Source of the DNA: Selaginella moellendorffii
Lineage: Eukaryota > Plantae > Lycopodiophyta
Length of the DNA stretch: 64,000 bases
Direction: 5' to 3'
Assembly: GCF_000143415.4 (NCBI RefSeq)
Contig: NW_003314299.1
Coordinates: 352,314 to 416,313 of the forward strand
Shown here piece after piece: positions 1 to 12,387 of the stretch. The notes below the pieces were generated by a model that saw only the letters and a list, made by a program, of their open reading frames with translations, ran no database searches and had not been told where the DNA came from. Every line of letters begins with the position of its first letter. The first letter of the stretch is position 1. The position numbers and the translations under genes are program-made.

Positions 1-390
1 TGGACCCGAGATGGACCCAAGATGGAGTCCGAGATGGAGTCCGAGATGGAGTCCGAGATGGAGTCCGAGATGGAGTCCGAGGTGGACCCGAGATGGACCC
101 AAAATGGAGTCCGAGATGGAGTCCGAGATGGACCCGAGATGGACCCGAGATGGAGTCCGAGATGGAGTCCGAGATGGACCCGAGATGGAGTCCAAGATGG
201 AGTCCGAAATGGAGTCTGAGATGGAGTCCGAGATGGACCTGAGATGGAGTCCGAAGTCGAGACCGAGACCGGGACCGAGACCGAGACCGAGACCGAGATG
301 AAGATCGGGACCGAGACCGAGACTGAGGCCGAGCCCGAGTCCGAGTCCGAGTCCGAGTCCGAGTCCGAGTCCGAGTCCGAGTTCGAGTCT
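1..390 (+). repeat. LTR-internal tandem array of GAGATGGAGTCC (12-mer) and GAGATGGACCC (11-mer), grading into GAGACC/GAGTCC hexamers
   Basis: Read directly; the same array recurs at ~1570-1980, ~57650-57830 and ~63880-64000. Confidence 0.95.
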
Positions 391-1386
391 GAGAGGGTGA
401 AAGCCCAAAGCGTTCGTCTCCCAGACCCTAGGGGGTTTGGTGAGCTCCAAAAGTATAGTAGGGGGAGGACTGCAGTGGAGCCAGTTTGGCCAGGAAAGGC
501 CAGTTTGGCCAGGAAGGCCGGACCCAGTGTTGGGTGATGAGCTGCCCACTGGGAAGTCCAAGACTAGGGTGAACACAGACCGACAAGTGGGGCAGCTTGG
601 TGAAGTGTTCAAGAGCCGGCTCTAGTTCCCCCGGGAGATCGACTGGCCGATGCTCCCAGTCCAAGTGTGGGTGGCACTACCTACTTGGATACCTGTCGTG
701 GCTCAACGGAACCTCGCTCTAAGCCCATGGCTAGAGCACCTAAAGGCGGAAGGCGGGGAGAGTACCCATGAGGCCCGCGTAGGGCCACGGTGTTCCGAAA
801 TGGTGTCCCAAAGTCCCAGACTGTGGAAAGGAAGAGGGGTAGCCCTCTGGTGGGGTGACCAAGGACACAGTCACACAGTGAGGAAGTCCTAGAGGATAGT
901 GGGACTTAGTGGTCGGGCCGGTGGGCCTTGATCCAGTGGCAGTGTTGGCGAACACAGCCAAGGACAAAAAGGGACTTGGTGGGGACCGGAACAAAGATAT
1001 TGGGGAAGGCTATTCCCCATGTCTGTAGGCATCCTAAGGATGTTAAGGAGTGGATCTAGGATGATCCCTCATGGACGGATGACCTAGTCTGTGAGAGACG
1101 GGATGGGAATGCAAGTGGCGTTGGACCCCCAGTGTGACCAAGGTAATTGGGCATGGCCTTAGCGTAACGGGCCGATATGTCGGTGATACCTTGGGGTGTC
1201 GATCATGGGATCAGACACGTGGAGCACTTGGACCAAGTGCTAAGGTTGAGTGGCATGGATGCCATTCTCGGGGCTAGCAAGCCCCAAGTCCTGAGTTGGA
1301 CTTATGGAGGTTGTGAATGAGACTCCTCCAAGTGGTTGGAGGTGTGGTTAAGTGACTAAAGTAAAATGGAAAATTTAGTTGCTTAC
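1..1386 (+). mobile_element. Ty3/gypsy family-A long LTR (5' part lies outside the window), young copy
   Basis: Tandem array followed by ~1 kb shared with 1984-2978 and 57850-58650. Ends ...GGAAAATTTAGTTGCTTACA, the same end as the copy ending at 2978. Homologous copies begin TGT (57421 right after a PPT, and 63664). Confidence 0.75.
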
Positions 1387-2978
1387 AGTCTAACAAACGT
1401 AACTTGTTTGAACCAAAGGCTCTGACTTGGAAAGTCGAGAGTGGGAGTGGAACTCTGAATAAAATGCTTGAGGAATGAGCATGAAACAATCGGTAAATAA
1501 GTCTCTAAAAAGGGACACAAGGAGGATTGACACATAGCAAGTGTCATGATACATAGAAGTCTCAAGAATGAGTCCAAGAAGGAGTCCAAGATGGAGTTCA
1601 AGAAGGACTTTGAGATGGAGTCTGAAATAGAGTCCAATATGGACCCGAGATGGATTCTGAGATGGAGTTCAATATGGACCCAAGATGGACCCAATATGGA
1701 CCCGAAATGGAGTCTGAAATGGAGTCTAAGATGGACCTAAAATGGAATCTGAGATAGACCTGAGATGGAGTCTAAGATGGATCTGAGATAGAGTTCGAGA
1801 TGGCCCTGAGATGGAGTTTGAGATGGAGTCTGAGATGGTGTCTGAGGTCAAGTCCTAGATGGACCTGAGATAGAGTCCAAGGTCGAGGCTGAGAAAGAGA
1901 CCGAGACTAAGACCAAATTTAAGACCAAGTCTGAAACCAAGTTCGAGATGGAGTCTAAGTCTAAGTCTGAGTTCAAATCTAAGGGTGAAAGCCCAAAGCA
2001 ATCATCTCTTAAACCCTGGGGGGTTTGGTAAACTCCAAACTTATAGTAGAGGGAGGACTCTAGTGGAGTTAGTTTGGCCAGAAAAGGCTAGTGTGACCAA
2101 GGAAGGTTATACTTACAAATTGTGTGATATTATAACCATTGAGGAGTTTAAGGCTAGAGTGAACACAAATAGACAAGTGGGGTAACTTTATGAAGTGTTC
2201 AAGAGTCAACTCTAGCTCCCTCAGGAGATCAAATGATTGATATTCCTAATCTAAGTGTGGATGGCACTACCTACTTGGATACTTGGTATGGCTCATTGGA
2301 ACCTCACTCTAGCCACATGACTAGGGCACCCAAAGACAAAAGATAGGGAGAGTACCCACAAATCTTACATAGGGCCATGGTGTTTCGAAATATTGTTCTA
2401 AAGTCCCAGACTATAGAAAGGAAGAAGAATAATCCTTTAATGTAGTGGCTAAAGATGCAGTCATGTAGCAAGGAAGTCCTAGAAGTCAATAGGACATAGT
2501 GGTTGGGCCTTTGGGCCTTGACCCAGTGGCAGTGTTGATGAACACAACTTGGGATAAACAAAGACTTAGTGGAGACCGAAAAAAGGATGTTAGGGAAGGT
2601 TGTTCTTTATATCTTTAAGTATCCTAAAGATGATAAAGAGTGGTTCTGGGATTACCACTCATGATGGATGGCTTAGTCTTTGAGAGATGGAACTATGGCA
2701 TGGGTGGTCTAGGATTACCAATGAAACAAAAGTAAATAAATATAGTTTTAGTGTAATAGGTTGATATATCGATAATACCTTTGGGGTGTCAATCATAAAA
2801 TCAGATACATGGAGCACTTGAACTAAGTGCAAAGGTTGAGTAGCATAAATGCCATTTACAGGGTTAGTAAATTCCCAAGTTTGGAATAAAACTTATGGAG
2901 TTTGTGAGTGAAACTCCTCTAAGTGGTTGGAGATGTGGTTAAGTGACTAAAGTAGAATGGAAAATTTAGTTGCTTACA
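1387..2978 (+). mobile_element. Older, decayed family-A LTR lacking its first ~70 bp
   Basis: Colinear with 63735 onward and with 397-1386, with many C>T/G>A changes; ends GCTTACA. Confidence 0.75.
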
Positions 2979-2984
2979 AAATAT

Positions 2985-3615
2985 TTTACTATTTCTCAAG
3001 TCCAGAAGCATTAAGTATTCCAAGACTCTTAACCAATTGGAAAAAAATGGTAAACTTTTATTCATGGGCTTTTTCCATCTATATTTAAATGTCTCTCAAA
3101 TAGCTCTTCATGACTCTTTTGAGAGCCTTACTCTCTTGCTAGGTGTTAATTAAACATATGGTATGATTCTCTTATCTAACTAATAGAGTTTAGATTTCTT
3201 AAAAGGTCACTATTTAAACCCAAATATATTTAACCCCAAATATCCCAAGACTTTTAACTAATTAAAAAATGAGATGTAATAAATTCTTTCTTTTTATATT
3301 TGAACCCATATACAAATTATTCTCTTTAGTTGCTTACAATCTACAAATAAATTAAAAATTTTATGCAATTAGTGTGGTTAGATTGTTCTAGGAACTTTAG
3401 CCCTAGCCTTGTTTGAACACAATATTTTTTTGGATTACTTCCAATAGCTTTTGTAACTTGGTGGAAAGAAAATGAAAATCCAAAAATTTATAACTCAAGA
3501 ATCAAAAGAACCCAAAAACTTCTTTAAGTGATGATAATCTATCTCTATGACTATATTAAATATTAATAACCTCTAAGTGGCAGCTCAAACAAATATAATT
3601 ATATCATGGTTTTAT
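2985..3615. repeat. AT-rich dispersed repeat (~630 bp), also at ~8740-9250 (inverted), ~26715-27330 and ~38305-38920
   Basis: Shared blocks such as AAGTATTCCAAGA, AATTATTCTCTTTAGTTG, TGGTTAGATTGTTCTA, CAAGAATCAAAAGAACCCAAAA. Confidence 0.75.
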
Positions 3616-3649
3616 TATTTTATAATGCATAAAAAACAAGTGGGAACAA

Positions 3650-6007
3650 GGACTCGGTGTCTTGGTTCTTTGTATGCACAAAATGGTCATATGGAAGAGG
3701 CCAAGCTGATGTTTTCCCAAATGCCAGAGAGGAGTTTGATTTCTTTCAACATGATGTTATCTTCATTTGGTCGGTGTGGATGTGTACAAAAAGCTTACAG
3801 AATCTTTAACAACATGCCTGTTGAGAGTAGATGCTCAGGTAGATGCTTAGCTAGGCAGTTAGGATGATGTTGCATTAGGCAGTTGCCACAGCCCATGTAT
3901 ATATAGCTTCATATATACAATATGAGCAGTCGTTACCAGCAGTCGCTGCCTTTTTTATCATGGTATCAGAGCACAGATCTTGAGGACCTGTGAAGGATGA
4001 AGAAGAAGAAGAAGCTTCCAGATGCCAATGGCAGAAGCAGAGTAGCCTAGAGTGCAGCAACAAAGCAATGGCAGAGCCATACCAGCAGTGAGGAGCGGCA
4101 GATAGTAGCGACTCAGAAGCCCTGGAGCGGCAGAAGATGCTGATATGCTCCAAGAGAGGAGCAGCAGAGCAGCCAAGAAGCCCAGGAGCAGCAGAGCAGT
4201 GACTCAGCAGGCCAAGAAGCAGAACGGCGGCAGGAGTGGCCAAGATGCTCCAAGAGAGGAGCAGCAGCAGCCAAGTGAGCGGCGGCAGATAGCAGTGGCA
4301 GAGTTGGCTGAGAAGCCCAGCAGTGGCAAAAGAGCTCCAAGAGAGGAGCAGCAACAGCCAAAGGAGCGTGGCAAAGCAGCCAAGAGTGGCAGAGGCAGCA
4401 AGCCCTAGAGCAACAAGATGTTGTCAGTTGTATGCATGCTGAGCATCTTATGTTCAGGCTTTGTCTTAGTTTGTAGACACGCCTGAGTGGGAGTGTTGAG
4501 AGTAGATGCTCAGGTAGATGCTTAGTTAGGCAGTTAGGATGATGTGGCATTAGGCAGTTGCCACAGCCCATGTATATATAGCTTCATATATACAATATGA
4601 GCAGTCGTTACCAGCAGTCGCTGCCTTTTTTATCAATGCCTCACAGGGATTTAGTGTCTTGGAACACCATGATCTCTGCATATGCCTACAATGGGTATAT
4701 CAACGAGATGGTTCAGGTGTTTGATGCCATGCCCAAGAGAGATATGATCTCTTGGACGGTGGTTTTAACGTTGCATGCGAATAATAGAAATTTTGACATC
4801 TTTGAGAAAATGCCAGAAAGAGATCTAGCTGCTTGGAACTGTATCCTGAATTCATATTCCCAAAGTGGGTATCCCGCAGGAGGCAAGGCGTGTGTTTTAT
4901 TCTATGCCTCAGAGAAGTCTCCTTTCCTGGACTGTGATGTTAATCTGCTGCAAATTCTAGTTTACAGGAAACAAAGAATATATTCGAAGCCATTCCAGAA
5001 ATTAATCTAGTTTCGTGTACGTCAATGATTTCTGCATATGCCCAATCAGGGTATCTTTTGGAAGCTAAATCACTATTTGATAGAGTGCCATGCTGAAACA
5101 TGGTAACATGGACCGCGATGCTGGCAGCATGTGTGCACGCTGGCAGCATCTTCATGCCCGAGGACATCTTTCAAAAAATGCCATTCAAGAATCCAGTCGC
5201 ATGCAACACCACGCATGCAACACCATGCTAGATATGCCCACGCTGGCAAAGTTGAGCAGGCAAAGTGTATATTTGACAAAAATGCCATGTTGGAGTTTAG
5301 TATCGCGGAGTTCACTGCTGTATGGGATCAAGAGATATGGACTTGACACGACGATTTTTGGAAAAAATGCCATACTAGCAGCTAGTTTCTTGGAACACCA
5401 TGCTTGATGCTTATGCCCAAAACGGGTATATGGCAGAAGCAAGGTCATGTTTAATGCAATGGTGGAGAAGGACGTAATTTCTTGGACTATAATGCTTGCT
5501 GGCTATGGCCTTAGTGGCCAGAGTTTATTTGCAAGAAAAACTTTTGCCCAGATGCCAGGGAAGAATGAAGTTTCTTGGGATGCAATGCTCAGTGCATGTA
5601 CCCAAGCAGGGGATTCGGTTTCTATGTTTGAGTTGTTTCACACTATGCAGATGGCCGGCATTTACAACCAAGTTGGATTTGCCTCCGCTCTCAATGCTCA
5701 CGGCCAAGTTGGCAGTGTTAAATGTGCTAGAAGTTGTTTTGGTTCAATGGCTTTTGATTGTGGCATTCAGCCATGTCACCAGCATTACTCCTGCATAATC
5801 GATGGCTTAGCAAGAGCTGGTTACATTGACAATGCAAGAGAACTCATCGAAAACATGCCATTTGTTCCCACTTCTTTGGATTGGCTGTGCCTTTTAGCTG
5901 CATGTCGGAGCCTCAAGTGTGGAACCTGTGTATCAAAATGGGTGTCTGGAATTGCGAGCAGCAGAGCTATGTATCCTCTCCTGGCAAATGTATGGGCTTG
6001 GCATTGA
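3650..6007 (+). pseudogene. PLS/E-class PPR gene (PPR-A), split by a TRIM and frameshifted
   Basis: PPR motifs in ORFs 3577-3867, 4597-5010, 5131-5346 and 5447-6007 (MPERSLISFN, MPHRDLVSWN, QHYSCIIDGLARAG..MPFVP..W..LLAAC..YPLLANVW); several frame changes. Confidence 0.85.
3819..4635 (+). mobile_element. TRIM (non-autonomous miniature LTR retrotransposon), 817 bp
   Basis: 142-bp LTRs 3819-3960 and 4494-4635 (TG..CA, 2 mismatches seen), tRNA-iMet PBS TGGTATCAGAGC 3961-3972, PPT GAGTGGGAG 4485-4493, TSD ATGCC 3814-3818/4636-4640. Confidence 0.97.
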
Positions 6008-6590
6008 TAGAATCTAAGGAAAAAATAACTGCTGCCTGGATTATGTTGTCAAATTGCTCGAGAATTAAGACTAGAAGGACCAATTGCGTTTCATGCTTGA
6101 TAAATTCAAATATTGACAAAATATTTGTCTATATAACACCCAACATTCCCAGGATCTGAGCGTGGACCTCCTGGACCAAATCACCAGAGGCTCTGAGAGA
6201 TCGCGAGCAACTTCAATCAGACAGATACCTTGCAATACCTAGTGATTGAGGTGTGTGGAAAGTGCAGCAGGCGAATGATGATCCGCCTGAGGGAATGTGT
6301 TTGATTCTATGCGAATGTTCTCAAAACTTTTCATGGAAAACTAGAAAACGATCAATGTTTGATGCCTGACGACGATACTTGCTGCCATGATAGGTACTAA
6401 CAGAGCAAATATTCCTTTGCGCCACGATGCTCACACGAAGCTCTTCCTAGCGGTGGAGATGGAACGCGATGCCCTCGTCAAGGCAACGTGGGGCTGCCTT
6501 CTTTGCAATCGACACTCCAGCCGACTCGATCCAACGCCTTGGACTCCTCCAAATCGTGCGGTGCTTCGGTATCCGGCCTAGTCTCGCTGC

Positions 6591-6690
6591 NNNNNNNNNN
6601 NNNNNNNNNNNNNNNNNNNNNNNNNNNNNNNNNNNNNNNNNNNNNNNNNNNNNNNNNNNNNNNNNNNNNNNNNNNNNNNNNNNNNNNNNN
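6591..6690. other. Assembly gap (100 N)
   Basis: N run. Confidence 1.
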
Positions 6691-6704
6691 GCTTCACAGG
6701 AATC

Positions 6705-8446
6705 TTAGACAAGCACGCTTGATTCCTCTGGCAACAGCACGCAACGTAGCTCCGACCTCTCAAACTCCTTGAAGGATCGGTCACCAGTGATGTAGAACAC
6801 AAAGGCGGGAGGGGACTTGTCAAGGATGTATGTCACTGCTCCAAGAGGGAGGCAGAGCATGGAGACGTGTACCGCAGCGAGTGCTGCCACTAGCCAAGCG
6901 AAAAGAAAGCCGTAGCTTGGGTAAAGCGTCCAGGCCTTCCCGAGTACTGGGAGTGCCATGGCGAAGACCGAGTCGGAGATACCTTCCCTGCCAAAGAAAC
7001 AGAAGAATATTAGAGAGCTTTGATTGATCAAAACTGTCACACCTGTAATCGAATGTCTGGAGATATGGATCTACAACCGCTGAAATGCCTCCCGTGGAGC
7101 ATCGAAACCAACTGAAGCCATTCTCCACAACACAGAAAGCATCGGCCTCTTTCGCCCGGGGACCGCTTGCTCCCCAAGTCGCGGCTGGTTGGAGCATGAT
7201 ATCAATCCTAGCACATTCACCAGAAACTTAGAGAACACCGTCATAACTTCGCTCTACCTCTTTTTCCCGGCCTGCCGCATCAGGTCTGGAAACTCGAAAT
7301 CGTAACAAATAGCTCCTCCAATCCGCCCGAGCTCGGTCTTGATGGCAGGAAGAATGGGAACCCCTGGAGTTCCATACCACTCCATGAATGGAACCAAGTG
7401 GGATTTCCTGTAGCTAAATCCAATGGAGCCATCGGGAAGAACGAGGTCGAAATAGTTCCCGACGCTCGCGTCCTTGTACTCGTAAGTGATGCCAACGTAG
7501 GCACCGTGCTGGGAAGCGATCTGTCCGGCTTTGAATTGGAGAGAATCCCTCTCCTGTTTGAGGTCGAGTTTCACCGCAGCCTCGGACCAGAGCACCAGTC
7601 GATCGCCGGCTCGGAGGCGCCGGCTCGTCCTGTTGAGCATCAAATCCATGTCCTCGTAGAAGAGGACCTTGCCCAGGACGCAAGAGACCGGCACTGTTTT
7701 CTTCATCGTGAGGGCGATGTCCTTCTGGAAGAAATCCCCCGAGAAAATGGAGACCCTGGCGCTGCCGTAGAACAAGATCGAGAGAGCAATGGCTCCAAAC
7801 GCCAGGGAGTGGCCGCGATGCATCTGCGTAGCACGCTTCTTGTCGGATTTTTCCATCTTGGAAAGATTCTCGTTGAGAACGGCCCTGTCGTGGAGAATCG
7901 CCGAGAACCACGCCATGAGGAATGCGATCCCATCGATCCCCCACATGCCGGCGCTCATCACCAACGGCAAGATTGTAACCTGGGAAACGGCGGGATGGAG
8001 GAAGGAGCCGACGCCGCCGAATCGATTCCACAACAACCATGCCGTGGTCCAGATCGACGAGAATACCAGCGGCTGGACGTTCTTGCTCGGTCAAAACGCT
8101 TCCTGTAGCCGATGCTTGCAAGAAATGGGAGGAGAAGAAACCACAGCGCCAGTGCCCAGATTATTCCCACAATTGGCACACTGCTGGCCGTGGAGTTGTC
8201 CGGGCTCACCTTTCCCGGGAAGAATGCCAAGAATGCCAGGCTCGCGGCAGTGGTGTGGAGGATGAGCGTCAGGAGAATTGTGAGCTCCGCAGAGCTCCAT
8301 GAGCAAGAATTGTGCTAAATCCCTGATTTGTGGAAGAAATGCAGGAGGAAAAATGGTTGGAGCCAAGAACAAATTGCAACAGATTGGAAACCAAAGAAGA
8401 AAGTGCACGCCACCGAGAAAATGGCCAACAGTGCCACCTTCTTCAT
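6705..8446 (-). pseudogene. Apolipoprotein N-acyltransferase (Lnt)-like membrane CN-hydrolase, copy 1; 3 exons; premature stop and frameshift
   Basis: ATG 8446 MKKVALL..; hydrophobic N-terminal half; nitrilase triad motifs VLWSEAA, YRKSHLVPFME, AICYDFEFPD. After introns 7208-7257 and 6988-7042 come VVENG..RCSTGGISAVVDP and TLYPSYG + TM helix. TAG at 8315-8317 and a 1-bp deletion near 8075 relative to copies 2 and 3. Confidence 0.85.
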
Positions 8447-9899
8447 ATCTTGTGGTAATTTATATTCTTATTATTATAAGGTGAAAGGAAAATACTATAA
8501 ATATTTAGGGAATATACCTTAATCTAGCCGTTTTAATTTTTTCACTCATAAAATTCGTTTGTAATCAGTGTTTAATACTATATCTTAAATATAGACCAAA
8601 CGTCTAAAGTTAACTGAAATCTTTGGGAGGAAAAAAATGTACTATTTGACTTTCTTATAATACAAGACTCCTATCCCCTTGCCCATATTTACATCTTCTT
8701 TCCCACTTGTATTTTTTGGATTATAAAATATAAAATAATTATATTTGTTTAAGCTGTCACTTAGAAGTCATTAATGTTTTGATATGGATATAAGATAACT
8801 CACCATCATTTAAAGAATTCTTTTGATTCTTGGATTGTAAATTTTTGAATTTTCACTTTGTTCCCACAAAGTTGCAAAAGCTATTGGAAGCAATCCAAAA
8901 AATATTACGTTCAAACAAAGCTATTGTTCTTAGAACAATCTAACCACACTAGTTGCATAAATTTTTTAACTTATTTGTAAATTATGAGTAATCAAAGAGA
9001 ATGACTTGCATAAAAGTTCAAATATAAAGGGAAAGAACCATTTTTCAATTAGTTAAGAATTTTAAGATATTTAGGGTTAAGTGACTTCCCGGAAATCTAA
9101 ACTCTATTGATTAACTAAAGGAACTATACTATATATTTGATTAATATTTAGCAAAAGAATCAGGCTCTCAGAAGAATGTTACTTAAGAGATGATCAAATA
9201 TAGAGGGAAAGGGCCCATGAATAAAAATGTATATTTTTTTCCAATTGGTTAAAGATGAAATATAGAAAGAAAGAGTATATGAATAAAATATTATATTCCA
9301 ATAATTAAGGGTATTGGGATATTGGGTCTTGGGATAACCACCTTTACCACTAACTTTGATATTTTAAGATATTCTACCATTTAATAATTAGATTAGTTTT
9401 GTATTTAAACACTTTTTTAGTATATTCTAGTTTATTCTACTTTTAAGTTGGGTTGATCAATTAGGTTAAAAAATAATACTAAACATAAGTATATGGTTAT
9501 AATGCCTTATACTAATATTAGTATAGTGAGATTTTAGTAGTTGTTAGATTGGTTTCAATTCAAACCACTCACTTTTGTATATCAATTAGGATTTTTGGGC
9601 TAATTGATATGCACATTTTTTGTATTCCCTTTCCATATTCCATGCACTTGCATTGCACTCACATTAGTGGAAATGAGGGGCATCTTTGATTGTCTTTGAA
9701 GAGTGTTTGGATTTGGGATTTTGGTTTAAATTTAACTTTTGCATCATTTAGATCTAGCTTTTCTGTTTTCTTTCTTTTATTCTTTCCTTTTGTTTAGATT
9801 TAACTTTTGCATTGTCTAAATCTCCCTTTCCTTCTTTTCATTTCTTTGCTTTTACTTTTTCTCCTTTTCATTCATCTTCATGGTAGAGTAGCAATCTCC

Positions 9900-11881
9900 T
9901 CCTCTTTTAACTTTGGAGTAGCACTTGGTGCAATTGTTTGATGCTATGCAATTGTAGTTGAATAACCAATTGATGGCATTCATAGCATGTGGTATAACTC
10001 TTTCTACTCTTAGTGCTAATCCTCGCATTTGGCTGAATTTCTTTCGTAGGAATCCTAAGGATGATGTGTATTATTGGTTCGATTATTTCCACATATCATT
10101 TTTAGGATGATGTTTAATGTTTATGTGAATTTTGCATATGTCTCCAAAGGATGGCACTATAGTGGTACAATGGTTTAGGCACAACTACTCATGGGGATTG
10201 GAGTATTCTCTCAGATGTCTTCAAATGCACATTCGGACATGCCAACAATTGTGATGACACCTTCTAACAATTGTATCATCTTCGTCAAGGGCTATCTGAG
10301 TTGGTGATGCAACTTGGCGTTTGTTTCCAAAGCTTCTTGCTTCGTGCAGAGCCAAATATGTCAGAGCAGATCAAACTAGGAATGTTGTGGCTAGCACTTC
10401 GTTAAGATCTTGTAAGACTTGTGCATGCACTTGATTTAGCCACCCTTGACGATGCCCTTCACTTGGTACAACGTTATGAGATGTTGCTTCTTCCATTTCT
10501 CATTACACGTCCTTTAGCTCTACTTCTTGTGGGAGCTAGTCCTATTCTAATAGAAGTTGATGGTGTTGCTACTTGAGTTTAAGGACAAGAGTGAGGATGT
10601 AGTTGTGGCCGTGATGTTCATTATTGGGCATGTGATGACATTAATCACACTTATCGGCATTGTTGGCGTTTTTCAGATTGGTGACTTCCATTTTCTAGGT
10701 GGAGACCTTGGCATCAACAACGTCTTATTGGTGCTATTGCAGTGAAAGGTCTAAACACCGAGATGCATCTGGGAAATAAAGAGTCACACGAGTAATGGAG
10801 GGACTTTGCATGAATAAGTTGGTGACCCTTCCATTTTTCTTTCAAGAGTATTATTAAGGGGTTCACTTGGCACTAATTCATCGAGTGTTTACTTTCCAAG
10901 TTTGTAATTATAACAAAAGGGTTTTCTATTATTCTCTCCGTATTGGTTGATACAAAATTCAAGTTTATCTTCTATTGCTCAACTTGTTGCCACACATTGC
11001 CCTCTACATTTACATCGTGTGGCAGAGCCAATTTTCATTCTTTATAGCAACGGTTGTACGCATGCATGTGCATGGGATGAGGCAGACCTAATTGTGCTTA
11101 TAAGTGATCTTGAGCTTGGGTTGCAGGCATTGTGGGTGGTGCCAAGTTAAGCTTTTGACGTTATCCTTAGTATAGATTGGTTGTAGTGCAATCATGCCAA
11201 GTGTGACTTTGAGGCTTCTCTCCCTTCTTTTATACTTCTTTATATTTCATTTATTCCTCTCACTTCTGTACCTCTTTGTCCCTTTGCTTCCATTACTTTT
11301 GTCTCACCATTACTTCCTTCTTTGTTTCTATCTTATTCTACTCTTCCTTTTTTGGATTCCTTTGACGGTCTTTGTATTGTAGCAGTTGACCAGTTAATGA
11401 AGGAGCATGTTAATCTCTTTGAATTTAACCTATCATCTAGGGCCAAAATTACCACACATCATTTGATTCCAATTGGGGATGCTTGTCTAATCAAGGTTTA
11501 TGTTCATCGTTAGTCACCCAAAGAGATCAAGATTTTATGTGCAAACTTCAAGGAGATGTTAGAAAAAGGTGTTATTCAAAAGTTGTGGAGTCTTTGGGCA
11601 TGTGAACCTCATATTGTGATGAAGCATAATAAGAGTATTCATTTCTGCATCAATTATTATCCATTAAACAAGATGATGATCTTGGATGTGTACCTTTTTC
11701 CTCACACTACTGATCTCTTAGATCACTTGGGGATAAGTCGTTGGTTCACTAAGTTAGATTTTTCTTCTGGGTACTAGCAAGTATCGATAGTTGAAAACAA
11801 TATTCTTAAGACTGCTTCTCATACACCATTTAGTTTATATGAGTTCTTGGTGATGCCATTTGGTTTGAACAATTCTCTAAT
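9900..11881 (+). mobile_element. Heavily decayed Ty3/gypsy gag-protease-RT remnant, cut by a younger element at 11882
   Basis: LYHLRQG gag-like stretch, VLVDT protease site (~10940), RT motifs [29 protein letters not shown]; left boundary approximate. Confidence 0.75.
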
Positions 11882-12387
11882 TGTAAGGAACCAACTCCCC
11901 GAGGTGTCGAAGGCTAAAGGATCCCCAAAGCATGACCAAAATGACAAAGAGTTCATTGGATAGGACCGAGTTTGAGATCGAGTCCAAGACCGACTCTGAG
12001 ACCGAGTTCGAGATGGAGTCTGGGATCGAGTCCGAGGTTGACTCGGAGACCGAGTTTGAGACCGAGTTCAAGACAGAGTCCGAGATCCGAAATTGAGTCT
12101 GAAGTCGAGTCCGAGATCAGGTCCGAGATCGAGTCCGAGATTGAGTCTGAAGTTGGGTTCGAGATCGAGTCCGAGATCGAGTCCGAAGTCGGGTCCGAGA
12201 TCGAGTTCAAGATCGAGTCCGAGACCGAGTCCGAGTACTAATACAGGTCAAGGGGTGAAAGCCCAAAGCGTGCGTCTCCTGGGGGGGAGAGGGGGCTATA
12301 GGGGGTTCCAAAAGTATAGTAGGGATAGTGAGGTCCAAAAACCAGTCTTGAAAGTATAAACCAAAGCCCCCACTGGTATTCAAAGGA

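Noticed and set aside
1-390. ESEM/WSPR repeat ORFs, or a CRISPR-like array
   Set aside because: Contiguous 11/12-mer tandem units with no unique spacers, inside an LTR; the ORFs are by-products. The same applies to 11953-12359, 16929-17198 and 57689-57907.
7398-8121. Long overlapping or antisense ORFs (236 and 235 aa), also around 32732-33427 and 39372-40016
   Set aside because: Shadow frames of GC-rich Lnt-like coding sequence
6705-8446. Bacterial contamination as the source of the Lnt-like gene
   Set aside because: Spliceosomal introns, a copia insertion and contiguity with plant PPR genes place it in the host genome
12245-12275. Non-canonical self-priming PBS and a tandem LTR-sharing element
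   Set aside because: The reverse copy at 46927-47898 shows the LTR continues much further and is followed by a degenerate tRNA-Met PBS, so this sequence is LTR interior
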